Source: Paragordius varius
Taxonomy: Eukaryota; Animalia; Nematomorpha
Length of the DNA: 64,000 nt
Reading direction: 5' to 3'
Assembly (NCBI GenBank): GCA_964247055.1
Contig: OZ176053.1
Location: 7,998,001-8,062,000 of the forward strand
The stretch's first letter is position 1. Every line of letters begins with the position of its first letter. Positions 39,301 to 53,375 of the stretch are shown one piece after another. The notes under the pieces are model-generated. The model was not told the DNA's origin. It saw only the letters and a list, made by a program, of their open reading frames with translations, and ran no database searches. The position numbers and the translations under genes were made by a program.

Positions 39301-42300
39301 CAAGATATATGTTTAGTGCGTGATATGTAAAAGGAAAAATAAAGGCTTACTTGAAACTTAGACTATTTTGTTACTCGGTAATTAAGATCCAAACCACAAC
39401 TCAGAAATCGAAAAGTATAATATGAATAAAAATAAAATTTATTTTGGCAGTAATAGTATTAGAAGAGTATAAAATTGGTTAATTTTTTCACATATAAAAA
39501 TGAGTGTATTTAGTTGCGTATAAAACACATTTTTTGCGATTTGTGTTTAAGGTATAAAAATTTTGTACAAACAAATCGTTTTGATTTTTTCAAAATAAGT
39601 GTTTATAATAAAAATAGATATATAAAATATTTTTATATATATACAATTTCACACATATTTACAATAATGATACATAAACCTAAAGTATAAAAAGCACCTG
39701 AGAGACATTTGAATAAAATATTTTGTGCGTTACAACGCAGACGACAAAAAAATCTTCATATTGACTAGCGCGATCATAAAAAGTATGAGATCGAAGTTAA
39801 TAATAAAAATGTATAATGAAATATAATTTATATATGGTCACAACATATATATATACATTTTGATTTTAGATTGAAATAATTTTACATAAAACATCTAAAT
39901 GCGGTAAGAGAAACGGCAAATGACAAAATACAAGTTTTTTGTGGGTGTAACTAAACTATATAAATTTGAAAAGGATATTATATTTTTATACCCGTTTAAT
40001 TTGTTCGGAATCTTGGTCGTTAAAATGTCGTTTGTAATGCTCATACGTAAAAATCTTGTCCTGATTTAACTTATGTGTTGTTTCACCCTTTTGGGCCAAT
40101 TTTTTTAAATGATCGGACATTGAAAATTTGGTTAATAATGGTTTTATATTTGAGGTTTGTGGATTAATAGTTTGACAAGATCGTTTAATACACGGTTCTC
40201 GTTCCAAAGGTTTCTTACCCTTAACAATGGTGGAGCACAAAAAGTTGTGAGCCAATGTTCCATCACGATTTGTACATTGTAGCTTTCGTGTTTTATACCC
40301 ATAAATGTTACATGAAGTCTGGTGGCACTAACAATATTACATTTGATTAATTGATCCTATATATCTATAATAATTATACACAAAATACTATAAAGACTAA
40401 TATGAATGCAATTCATATTAGTCTTATCATTCTTGATCAGGGTACTCAACTATGAGTGTCCGATATATGTTTTTTCTTCTATGATTTGCGGTAAATTTTA
40501 AAAATGAACAAATATTTATTGTTAAAAATAATTTGATATACTAACTAGACAAGTACTTATAAAGAAAATTTATTGGTTTTGAAGAAAAACAGGATGTTTT
40601 AAAATAAAAAGGCGTGTTATGAAAATGGTTAAATTTGAATAAAAAACGTGGTCTCGTATAAAAAGGGTAGAATTAGGTATATATACATGACTCCAAGGTT
40701 CTGGCTTCCATATAAAACAATCCCTCCCCGCACATTTTTCAGTTTCAGAAGGTCGAGAGCTTATATCACATTGACGGGAATGTAGAGGAATGTCGTTTGA
40801 GCTTCGACACACTATGATACGGTGGCGAATTCCTTGCCCACATTGAGCTGAACACTTTAAGATGAAAAATTAATAGTTAAAACCATATCTTAAATATATT
40901 TCTCCAAAAAGATAAGGACAAGTAGATTCTAATTCAATTTTTTTTAAAAAATATATATTTATATTTGGATTAAGTCAAATAGAAAAATTTAAATTTACGT
41001 TGCTCCATGGACCTAAAACCCATATTCCCTTTTCAAACTCGGGTGATTTATCTTTCACGTTATTGTTTGATGGAGATGTATTTATATTATCTTTGGCAGG
41101 TCTTGTAGTGAAATACTGATATTGTGGTAATGCTGTTATATTTTTTGAATTTGGCAGTTTATGGTTGTCTATTTGAACAAAATATTATTTATTTATATGT
41201 AAATTTACAAAACAAGGCAACATAAATGAATAAAACGAATCTTTTCACATGTTTATCGACAACCTGTAAAAGAATTTGTAGATTTACATGCCCATTAAGA
41301 AACGAAAATATATAGCGTCATAGTAAAAAAGTCTAGATATATTTGTCTAGTTTATCTGATTTTAAATAATGGTAAATAATTTATTTATTTATTATTAAAA
41401 AAAACGAATTTATATATTCATAATTTGAACCCTCGTAATAATATATCAAAAAGAATAAGCGATATCTTTAATGGATAAAATAAAAAAAACTTGAAATGAT
41501 AACCAGTAAAATAATTTTACATTATCAATTTAATCATTTTATTTTATTAACTAAAATAGATACTATAATGTATTAAAAATGCTTGATATGAATTTAATAA
41601 ATAATTAAAAAAAACACCTTTAAAACCGATAGGACAGTTTTCCCTTCCAACACATTGTTTTTGATTTAGCGGTTTATCGGCTTCATCGCATTCCCGTTCA
41701 TCAATTATACCACGCGTTTTAGAATAACAAGCGACGTAACGTCTCTGAACGCCCGTTCCACACGGGTTCGAACACTAAAAACAAGTTTTTATAATTTTAA
41801 ATCTGAAATAGTATTTTAAAAGTAGGTAAAACTCTTTATAAATTAAAGTTTATTCTAAATCTGAAATGTTATTAAAGGTAGATTTAACTTTATAAATTTA
41901 TGTTTATTGTAACAATAAATGAATGAAAACATTTTGCCAACTTCCCATTCGCCAAGTGCCACAATTGGTTCCTATACAACGTTCCCTGGAATATGGTTTT
42001 TCCCAATTTTTCGCACATAAACTATCATCTAGGAAAGTGCCATTATGGTTAAGGCAAATCACTCTTCTTTCCCGTATTCCGGTTCCACATTTACTAGAAC
42101 ACTGTATAACAAAACAGTGTATTAAAATAATTTCTAACAAAAAATAATAAATGTAATGAATATGCATTTTTACTTGAGTCCAAGGTTCAATTTTCCATTT
42201 AATCCAATCATTGACTGAAAAACGTTGCCCTTCTGAAAAACGGGGAGAATTATTATACAAAAATTTTGAAGCTGACGTATTCAACTTACGCTTGTTTTCT

Positions 42301-45300
42301 AATCGATTAGAGGTTAATCTGTTGAAAGAACCCATTTGCTGTTGTTGTATTTCGTTAGATATTTGATCGTGGATGTCAGATGGCTTGCATGGAACCTCAC
42401 AAAATTCTGCCGTAACTGGTTTCGTAGATGTGTAAAATTCAGAAGATGATATCTATGACAAATTTTTATCAATTTGTATTGTTAAATAGTTAACATTATA
42501 AATGCTAAAATTCATCAATTTACGGCAAAATGTTAATTACATTAAGTATTATATTTTAAATGCATGGTATTACCATCTTAATTAAGATAATCACTGAAAA
42601 ATATAAATTTGTGCATATTTGTCCAGTTTTTTTTATAATTATTTGAATAATAAATACTTTTGGGATTGCATCGACCCCGTAATTTAAGCAAAAATTGTCA
42701 TCAATAGGAATGATAGTATTTTGCGGTAAATTTGACATGGATTGTTCTCGAGAAAATGGCTGATTCGAAGAATAAGGAATAGAATTGTAAGATGAGGTAT
42801 CTTGTAACACGCAAATAACGCGTCGAGTACGATAACCACGTCCGCATTTTTCTACTGGATTACACTAAACATAAAAATAAGTGAAAACAATGTTTGTTGA
42901 TTATATTACTGGATTTTTAGTTAAAAAAGATTTTCTCATTTATATATTGAAATAACGTCATCTAATAAAAATCAAAAAAGTATTTTTGTAAAATTTATTA
43001 CTAAAAATTAACCAAGATATAAATTGAAAAAAATTTAAACATTTGGTGTTTAAAAGCTAAATATTTCATTTTTATGATCAATACTAGAAAGATTACTTTT
43101 GTCCACGGTTCCAATCTCCAAACACATATCTTGTTTTGCCTACATTCTTCGGTATCATTAGGCTTTGGTGTTTCCCGACAAAATCTGTCATCTAATTTTT
43201 GGGTTTCTTGTTGACACCAAACTTGTCGCGTTCTTATACTAGCTCCACACGGTGTAGAGCACTGTAAAATTAATTTTTTATTGTGCTTACAATGGCGTAA
43301 AAAACTGATTAATTTTAAACATTTAATTAAAATATAGCGATATTTTATTCATCCAAATAAAAAACGATTAATTAATACCAAATAATTATATTATATAATA
43401 TTATATAAAACCGGTGTCCACTCCGAAAATTGCCATGTAGGACACGGAGAAGTGTTACATATTTGGGATAAAACTGTAATTGTGCTATTGCAAAGATGTG
43501 GACCAACTGCGCGGTTAAAGGAATCTTTGCATGTGGCATCTCGCGTTCGAATCCCTCCACCACATTGTTTCGAACACTATAGAAAAATCATATTAGTCAT
43601 TATATAATTATATAGTTTTAGTAGCCTTTTTTCAAAAGGTAAGGTCTTAAATTGTATAATTGGACCCATGAGAGTTTTAACCTGCTGCTTAGGGCTGACA
43701 TAAAAGTGAGGCTTAGGAGAATCAATTTAGTGAATAATCTCATGCCTTAACCATCCGCTCACCACTTCTAGAGGTAAAACTTTTATCAATTACTTATATA
43801 AATTAACAAAAAATCTGGATTAAGGTATATTCATGAATAAATATGAATTTTTTTATATAACATTTAAAATATGTACCCTGGACCACGGTGTATACTCCCA
43901 ATGAGTAATAATCGGACATGGTTTCGATTCGCAAGAACTTACTCCGTGCGATTTGGTGGCGACAGGTAAATGTTGACAATAACTTTCACTGACAATTACA
44001 AAATTATCTGTTGATACAATATTTTGATTCACTTCGTTACCAAGCAAATTTTGGGTGATAGAGCTCGTGTTAGCAACATGTTTTATGCAAGCAACAGTAT
44101 TGTGTTGATAACCTTGACCACAAGGGGCAGAACATGGGGTATGATTGACTATTTTCCATCTTAAAACATAAAGTATAAAATTGATAGTAAAAGGTTCCAC
44201 GAATAGGGCGATTTACCAATGTAAAAAAACCCGCCCAAGGTAACTGGAAAGCCATATATATTTCTTTTTAAGTCTAATTTTTTTTCGATTAATTTGGCCA
44301 AAGATCGATCGTTTTACACTGATATATTACTTATACTCATATATATCTTATTTTAGAAATGTTAAAATTTAAAAGTAAATCCAATATCTCAACGGTAGTA
44401 TTAGATATTACTTTTAATCAAAAATATTAGCATAACAACTCGCGTTGTCACAAAAATTATCCAGGGAAATTAATTTTTAATAATTTTGGGCGTTCTATTA
44501 TATTAATAAAATATTCAAATTATGAAAAACTTATATAATATTTTTAAGAATGTAACAAAAATATTACTGGTATTGGCAATTAGATGCGCATGCCTCTTGA
44601 ACAGGCGAAGGTTTTTCCAAATGTTGACAACGTTCATAACTTTCTACATTAAACGTTTGCATATTGATGCACAATATCTCCCGGACTCTTGTGCCTTAGA
44701 AAACAATATAATAAAATTAAGTAATTGAATAATTACTGAAAAGTAATAATCAAATATATTTTTAGGTAAAGATAAAACATTATAGGCTCAAAAGATTTTT
44801 AAATTGGCGGCACAAATAAAACGGTAAGCACTGGAAAAAGATATACCGATACAAGAACAAGGTTTCCATGTCCCGTACACATTCCAAGCATAAATTTGTT
44901 GACTTTTCTTTTGGTATTTTGATGAAACGACATAACTGTACCGAATATTTGGTGGTAAAGCGTTACCAACTGTTAAAACTTGTACTATAATATCTTCGTG
45001 AATCATGTCTGTACTGTTTATGCGCTCGACAGCAGTATTTGACCCAGTGTATTGTATCATAGTACCGGTATATTTAATATCCAATCTAAAATAAAAATGA
45101 TTATCCTTTTTATCTGACATAAATTTTAAATAAATGATATTATTATTATTATTATGATTATACCGATTATTTGTAATACTATTTTGTCCATTAATCAAAT
45201 ATTTGCCTCGGTCATCCATCAAAGCAAGATAATTATCATCGTTTTGTTCCCTTCCGTACTGCCTATCGTATATTGAATTTCACAAATCAGCAAATATCAA

Positions 45301-48300
45301 AAAAGTATTAATGGCCCAAAATATATATCAGATTAATTTGCATCGATGCGTAAAAATAGTTAGAAAACTTTGCTTTTTAAAACAATGCCTATGAAAATAA
45401 ATAAATATGTTTGTTACAATATTCCTGTTTTCCGCGCATCACAAATTAAATATGTAACTACCTACCTTATATCAATGTTCACGGCACCAGCAGGAATACG
45501 AGCAACATTATTGTAACCATACTGAGATTTGGTAAATGTGCCCGTTATAGTTCTACATGTCGAATTATCGCCTCCGCACACTCCACATTGATCTAACACG
45601 GCATTAGAACCTAGGATAGAGTCGCAACCGACAGATCGACAAATCCCATTGATACAAATTTGACTTTTTTGGGCATCACAGTGTGTTCCATCAATCACTT
45701 TATTAGCCAATTTGTGTATGGTTAAGGAATGCGCTTCCCGACAATACAATTTACAGCGATCGAAAAATGGCATGTCGTATGATCCTTTCCATTTCACGTT
45801 GGGAGATATGCCGACGATGCCTACGCATTGATATAAACAGTTTTATATAGTATAAAACATTATAAGGACTTATAAAATAGAATTCAATTAAGACTGGCCT
45901 AAAAAAATATCCAAGATAATGTAGGAACTAAACCCATATTATTGCCATCAAAGGCTGAACACTGTTCATCCCTAAAATCAATGGGATTGATGCATTCATG
46001 CGTATTACAAGATTTGGATTGTGATCGGAGTCCCAAACAAAATTTGCCTCCGTTTGAGGGGGCCGGATTAGTACAGTGACGAACGCTTGTAGTTACTCCG
46101 CCACCACAGGTCCTAGAACATGGACTATACTCAGACCATTCACTCCAATTCCCATCCACACTTCGACCCGTTTCATAGTAGGCCGTTTGTAGTCTTTTAT
46201 CAACACATTCCCCGTTAAAACAAGTCCTCCCGGTTCCACAGGCTGAACCATCGGCCCACGGGGCAAATGCATAAATACATTGACCCTTATCGTCTGAACA
46301 GTATAAATATTTACAGGGTTGAGAGTTGGTCATGGGACAAAACGAAGACTGCGCCCCATATATAAGTTGACACTGTTGATGGAGACTATACTCATGGCCA
46401 GGCTGTCCCAGAGCCCGAATTTGATGCATGTAATCCATGTTTTGTGGCCTATTTAACAGGCAATACCCAAGACCACGGTCCAAGAAAGAGGAAATGTAAT
46501 GACGTGAACAGGGGCTCCAGGACAGTAATCGGTTGAGTGGGTACAAGACTTTAGCCATAATATAATACGGTTTATTGGTTTGGAATGGGACAGATGCTTG
46601 CAGTTCTTGATTAAAAGCCTTGTTTGTTGGACCTTGGACTTCTAAAATGATAAAAACATAATGATGAGTGGTAATTAGGCCATTTTATATGGAATTTTCA
46701 TCTTAGAGCCAGCGACACTTTAAAAAAGCGGATAAGGTACGCTGTCATAAGTTTAAATCCCAAAATTGTTTTTTTAAGATACGGATCAAATATTTTATAC
46801 CATTAGCCCCTGTCTCAAATTCATGGCAAGGTAGATCATTGTCATGTGGAATGCCAAGATTGTGTCCAATCTCATGAGCTATGGTTAGAGCTACACTAAG
46901 TCCATTATCCTCGGCGATGGAACAACTAGTGCGGGAATCGCAGATAGTACCTCGCGTCATAGCAAGCGTTTGACAATTATTCTCATTGCTACAAATGTCG
47001 TGACGGGTTAAAAGGACGGCCGTATCATGATGATAACTGTTGTAATAGGACGAGGATTGAGAAGCGTCATCAGCTCTTTTAGCATTTTGTCGATATTGCC
47101 AATCACAAAAGTTGGCTAAAGATGTTTCACCGTTTTCGGATATCCTGGGACTGTTCTATAATTATAAAAAATTTGTTACAAAAAAATGATACTGCAGCAT
47201 AGCAAAAAATGACATATTTTTATCTATATATTATATAATACCTTTGAATCTTCAAAAATTGCGATTTTCACCAAAATTATGTTGATGGCATTTCCGATGG
47301 ATGGGTGCTTATATATCATTTCCACCTATATATACACACTTTTATATATGATCAATGATGAAAATCAAAGTTGCATTTGAAAAATAAGTTATACACTTAC
47401 AATCGACATAATAGTTAAGATGTATCTTTGTAAATCGGATCCATGTGCAGTGGCTACTTCATAATCCGCAACAATCATCACCTCAACAAAATGTTCTCGG
47501 GAAACCGATCTTTTTGATCGAACCGAATGTGGAACTAATAAATTAGCTTATGATATAGTGTGGATCTATCTTACAGTTATTTTCATTTCGTCATCATAAA
47601 TTTGATAAAGAAACTCATAGCTACACTGTTAAATTATTGAATTATGACACATGAATGATAGATTTCATACCACTCTAAAAATTGACCCTAATTTAATTTA
47701 ACAGATAAATTTCACAGTACATTTTGTTAAAAAATTTGAAATTAATAGAGAAACGTCAAAGTTCATATACCCAGGCTATTATAAAGAGCGATAACCTGAG
47801 TGTGATAGCATTTTTATTAAAAGCTCACAGATTTTCTGTCTGCGCTTTTGTCAAAGAAAGGAATACACATATAAAGTGGCATATTCTGGGGTTGTTAACC
47901 CATATATTGCTTTTTTATTAGCTTCTCTTATTTTTGAAACAGGCTTTATGAAAACGCATAAGGAAAATATAGTCAGATATAAATCCATTGTATACCTGCA
48001 ACAAACATGGATTGAGAAAAATGGGAAACAAAAAATTGCCACTAATTCTCACCTTAGTCAATATATACACTCAACAAATAGAATTATGGATGTGCCAAAT
48101 AGTATGGCAAAGATTTATACGTTTCTGTTTTTAAATTTAATTTTTTATATATAAGAATTTCTCATGAAAAAGTGCAAAATTAAATAACACTAAAATATAA
48201 ATTTACTGGTTGGACGATTTTAGAGTCCAAAAACACCGTTTCCAATTATATTTTGGAAAAATTATTTAATTTATAGGCCAGATTTAAATCATGCATTTTG

Positions 48301-51300
48301 GCTATTTTTAAAAACTCATCGATACGTCATTCACCAATCCAGCTTTGTTAATGCTGAACATTATCGGTATTTAGGAAAGGCACTGCAAATTAGACTTATT
48401 TTTTGTAGCAAATATATAAAATTAATAAATAAACAAATTTTACTTTTCGCTGAAAATGGGACAGTTGTCATATTAAATGTATCATGGTTATCGTAAACAA
48501 TGTCGGTTGAATTTGATAATGTATAAATGTAATGTTGCATAACATTTTTCCCATTTTCGTCAGTGTATAGATTTTTATAAATGCTAGATGTTATATTAAT
48601 TTTGGTGAATATTGGTGGTGTGGTTGGGCCTAAGTTATGCCTATGCATGACGGGTGTTTTGCGCATAGCAAACAAACGATTATCCATCGGCTCAATAAAA
48701 TATTGTTGTCCATTCATTTCAAACATACCCATCTGCATATTTCAGGAAAATTATTATACATTCAAATTCTCAAAGTGCATTGTAAATTAAGCCCCTTTTT
48801 ACCTCTTTTTGTGGACATGACTAATTTTGTAAACTATTTCTGCATACTTATAAGGCAGACAACTATTTATTATTTTTTAGGTTACTTTTTATTATAAATT
48901 GGTCATCTTTGGCTTATATAAATTTAAAAAACGCTAATTTTATAATATGTTCTATATAATCCGCATTAACTCCCCTATTTTTAGATTAACAAACAAAATG
49001 GATATGAAAATGTTAGCCTATTTTGAGCCTAATAAATCATATTAGACTTAAAACATGATGAGACTAATAAACATGAATTAACGTTTAAGAGAATGTGACT
49101 TTAAACGATAAGTAAATTAATTGTTTTGGCCGTTAAACTTTTCTTAACCACAATTTATGCAAAAATCTTTTTAAAATAATTATGGTATATTTTTCCTTGC
49201 TGTTGAAATAAAAAATACCAATTAATTTATACAAAGTATAAAGAGAACCAAAAATGGAATTAACACATTTATATCCGTTATTTTTGAATTTTAATATTTT
49301 ATAATTATACGTATTTTTCGCCTCTCTTAAACAAAACCATAAATCAAAAGAAAAAACATGATTTTAATGAAATTCTACAAGTAAGTTCAAGAAGTGTAGA
49401 AAACAGTCAGGCGGTTCAATGGCCAAAGTTTTTGGTTTACATACATAAAGATGAAAGTTCAGAAGGGGTAAATACAAGAATATATATTACAAAATATAAT
49501 AAGTTACGGACATATCCTACGAAATATAATTACTTTTCAGTACATTATAACTCTTTTAATCATTAAAATAAAGTCTGCAAAGTAAACCATTATTTCATGC
49601 ATAGAGGGGAGAACTTTAACTATTAAAAGAGACGAGGGAAGGTTCGTTTGGTTGGTTGGTTGATAATAATAGATAATTACACCCAAAAGACAGTTCATTT
49701 GGGGACTTGTACGAAATCGTATTGTTATATAAGACTTTTTTCAAAAAACCTTTATATCTAACATAGACTAAAGCACAATAACCCATACTAAAACAACTAC
49801 GTTTAGTTCTTTTGATATTGCTCAATAATTTTTGGAGTACTTAATATTGATCGATAATTGGTAAATGTTAAATTATATTACTTCATACATGTATAGAAAA
49901 AAATTTGGGTCGCAAAAAAGTAATTTCCTTAATATCATTAATCAGGTAGAAAATATTTAATTATCTCTTTCTATACATATGCAATTAAATAAATCTGTAA
50001 TAAGGTCGATATATGAAAAAGTAATTAGAAGCCTTATTCAGAAACACTCAAGTATTTTTAATGTGCAATAGTAAGTACATATATTTAATGTGATTCAGCG
50101 GCATGAGTTTATAGTTTATATATAATGAAAAGTTCCAAATTAATTAATTCATCAAAAATTTAATGTAAAAAAGTTAATTCTCAATGTTTTAAGTAAGTTT
50201 TTTATCCTAGAGGTTCACCAAAAATCAAATTTTAAAAATGGGACCAGCTTAACTAATATTTGTGGTTTTATAAATGAATTTATATTATTGAACATTTAAG
50301 AGATATAAACTCTCAGGACTATAAATTTACAAGATTTATATATGTGTTTAATTATTGAAAAACAAGAAAATCAGAAAATATACCTCCTAAGGAAAAAAGG
50401 ATGAAATTAAAATAAAACAATATATCCTTTAATTGGGTCAATTACCCATAAAAATATAATATAAATTATATAAAAAATTAGCGTAAATCATTAATTCTAA
50501 AACAACTATAGCTAAAAATTGTAAACTAAGTTTATTTTCACTAATTCGGACATTATTTAACAAATACCCTATATAACACGCACAAAGTGCAACCATCGGG
50601 GCTAATCAAACAATTTTCTATAATCTTTTGAATTTAATTCAAAAAATTTACTGCTTCTTACATACCAATAAGTAGTGTACTACTGGATAATTAAGATTTT
50701 GGCAGATTTTTCCCAAAAAATTAACATTAAAAACACTTTACTTTTCCCAAAATCTGACATATTATGACAAGAGGGTCAAACGGCGGCTTGGAAGCCACAT
50801 GCAGCTCTTGGAAAATATTTGTAGCTCTGTACCTGATACTTTTTTATATTTGTCTAAAATAAAACAGGAAAATTATATCCCAGAATTTATAATGTTAAAT
50901 CTCTGTATTATTTCTATCGCAATATATTATTCAGTAGATTTTTCTTCTTACAGTATAATTATGACCCTAAAAGTATCTGGATGTCAGAGTTAACAATATG
51001 ATATCGAAATAGTTTATATTTTGCTAGTCTTTAATAAATTTATTAATTCAATATTTTATTAGGGTTTTGAATTCAAGAAACTATCTCCATGGGTACTAAA
51101 TATATGGAAAAAACCATTAAAAAGTTTTTTAAACATAAGATAAATTTAATTACATTCGATTGTATGATCACATGATTAACTTAAATTTATACTTTTTTAA
51201 ACATTTAAGTTAATTTTTGCAAAACTAAAAGCATGATAATATGTTTTGAAAATTATTCAATCGATGTAATATTTAACACTTGGATACAACACATTCATTT

Positions 51301-53375
51301 TAGTCCTTCGATTCAAATTGGGGTAGTTAAATACCCCCGGCCTGTTTAAAATTAAATTCTTAAAAAAATATGGAAGGAATCGAAACCATGGCAAAATCTT
51401 GCACCTATATAACATTAATAACCCGAAATACATAAAAAAATTATTCAAAAATACTTGATATAACTTATTTTAAGATAAAACCGAAAGGAAAAAATTTAGT
51501 CGACGTGGCATGCGTGCAATGGTAAAATTGAAAAATAATACAAAATAAACAGCTTTTTTTATTTCTATCAATTTTAGAAAATTAAATAAAAAATTAGCTT
51601 TAAATTTTTTCTTTAAAAATAAATGAAGACGGTATTTTGCAAAATTTTTGTAAAATAAAAATGGCGTCGAAGTAGTTTGACATGGAACTTTTTTTTTCAA
51701 AACAAAATTTTATTTTAATATTTTGGTTTATATAATTTTCATTAGGATAGAAGCATAAATTTAAATTGGGACCGTTTCTTTCAGTAGTTTTTTAAAAATC
51801 TTAACTCAAATTTAGTCTGGGGTATTTAGATCCCCAATTTGAATCGAAGTGTTAAATATTTAGTCGTTAGAGTTCTCTCGCTAAAAAGTACCTTGATTCA
51901 TTAAGATTTTTTTTCGTTTATTTCCCAACTTTAAAGTTTGATTGGTAAATAATTCAAAAGGTCAAAATTAAAAAAGTAAACCGCATATTTAGCTATTTTT
52001 TCCAATCTTGCTTAAAGATTAGGTTTGTTAGTTTAATTAAGGGAATGTACTCTGCTTTAAAACTAATTTAACAGCCAAATTATAAATTTTTTTGGACATT
52101 TATAGATTAAGCTTATAAATTTACAATTTACAAATTAAAAATATTTGAAGAAAAAGTAATTGAACAAACAGGGCCTATATTCATTCCGAACTGATTTTAA
52201 AAAATATTAGAAAAGCAAATTATAACCAGAACCAAATCCGTATTAAAAAATTATTATCAATGCAATACTACATTTATATATGTTTTAATTTAATCTACTA
52301 AGTAGATAAATAATATTTATAATTATGAATATTTAGAAATTGTTCAAAATAAACCCTCGCATTATAAAAAATGCTTTTTATACTTTTTAATTAGCTATAA
52401 ATATAATATTAAAAAAATATAGGTCATCAACTCCTAGACCTATTTAAAAATTTTTTTAGATAATTCATACCTCCATCTCCTGACCGTTTATCCTAAAAAC
52501 CGATTTAAAAATCAAAACATTACTGTAAAAATATATCTAAAAAATTAATTTTAATAATATTTTACCAAGCCTCGGCCACAAAGATTAAACACCGCAGTCC
52601 TCGCGATCGATCGTTCATTCACATATTTCCCGTCCTTGTGACCCAAAAATAATTTGACTGAGTCAGTTAAATGATCAAAATAGCCATCGTATATGCATTT
52701 GGCTTTGGGTGTTACAGTAATTTCTTCTTGCTTGACTGTTTCGGACCCATTTGAAGCAGTTGAAAAGTATTGCACCAGTATCTTTTTTTCGCCCTTTTCG
52801 GGACGGAAAGTAGTTTCAGATCCACCAACGTTATTTTTTTCATTCACAACATCGTTGGTGGTAAAACCAAATGTTGCGCTATTCAAATTTTGACCAAGTA
52901 ACTCATTACGAATCTGATTTAAATGATTAAAATTTTCCGAGATAAGACTGATTTTAAGGGTGCGACTATTAAATGCGAAACGATACAACTCTAATACGTT
53001 GTATGGTTGAGATTCAAAATGTTGCTTCGAATAGTTTGAATGTAATGTAGCAGGATAATTTTTATTTTTAGTTTTATCAAAGGAATAATATGTTATAGAT
53101 GTTGAATTACGAAGATACTGATGCCGATCAATATATGGACCGCCGTAAAATGCATAAGAATTATTATACTGCTGGTGATTGTAATTAGGAGTTGCGTTTT
53201 TATGATTAGATTTGATATTATCCAAAGGATTTACATAATATTCAAGATCCCTTTTTGCAACATGAATGGACAGATGTGGTTTATAGCTTTGAAATAATAT
53301 CGTGAAGCCAACAATCAATAAAATGGGAAAATTTAATAATATTTTTCGAATCTCCAAATCCTTGGCCATCATCAT
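36329..53375 (-). CDS. ADAMTS9: GON-1/ADAMTS9/ADAMTS20-type secreted metalloprotease (prodomain, catalytic, disintegrin-like, TSR, Cys-rich, spacer, TSR array, GON domain)
   Basis: Hydrophobic N-terminus (exon 52566-53375); prodomain YFIEP; furin site RSKR (47509-47520); HEIGHNLGIPHD zinc motif (46841-46876); Met-turn YIMAK; WSEWSEYSPCSRTCGGG; DRCKLYC; about 10 further TSRs; GON domain (YESCK...DGYY, VYCHNM, GRTSYSKLRL, SAGDCYS, GYFTIDL, CGGYCGSC, stop at 36329-36331). The symbol is the nearest vertebrate name; orthology was not tested. Confidence 0.93.
50765..50830. mobile_element. hAT (Charlie-like) terminal remnant in ADAMTS intron 1
   Basis: GGGTCAAACGGCGGCTTGGAAGCCACATGCAGCTCTT resembles Charlie-type subterminal sequence; no partner end found. 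Confidence 0.4.
51277..51851 (-). mobile_element. piggyBac-like MITE, copy 2 (ADAMTS intron 1)
   Basis: TTAA|CACTT...AAGTG|TTAA; reverse-complement colinear with 7942-8522. Confidence 0.85.

Noticed and set aside
46841-46876. Catalytically dead ADAMTS-like protein
   Set aside because: HEIGHNLGIPHD and the Met-turn are intact.
49616-49825. Minus-strand ORF with a furin-like KRTKRS motif in ADAMTS intron 1
   Set aside because: Exon 1 (...LCGRGL, phase 0) joins directly to MGMFEMNGQQYFIEP as expected for the prodomain; no splice or homology support for an extra exon.
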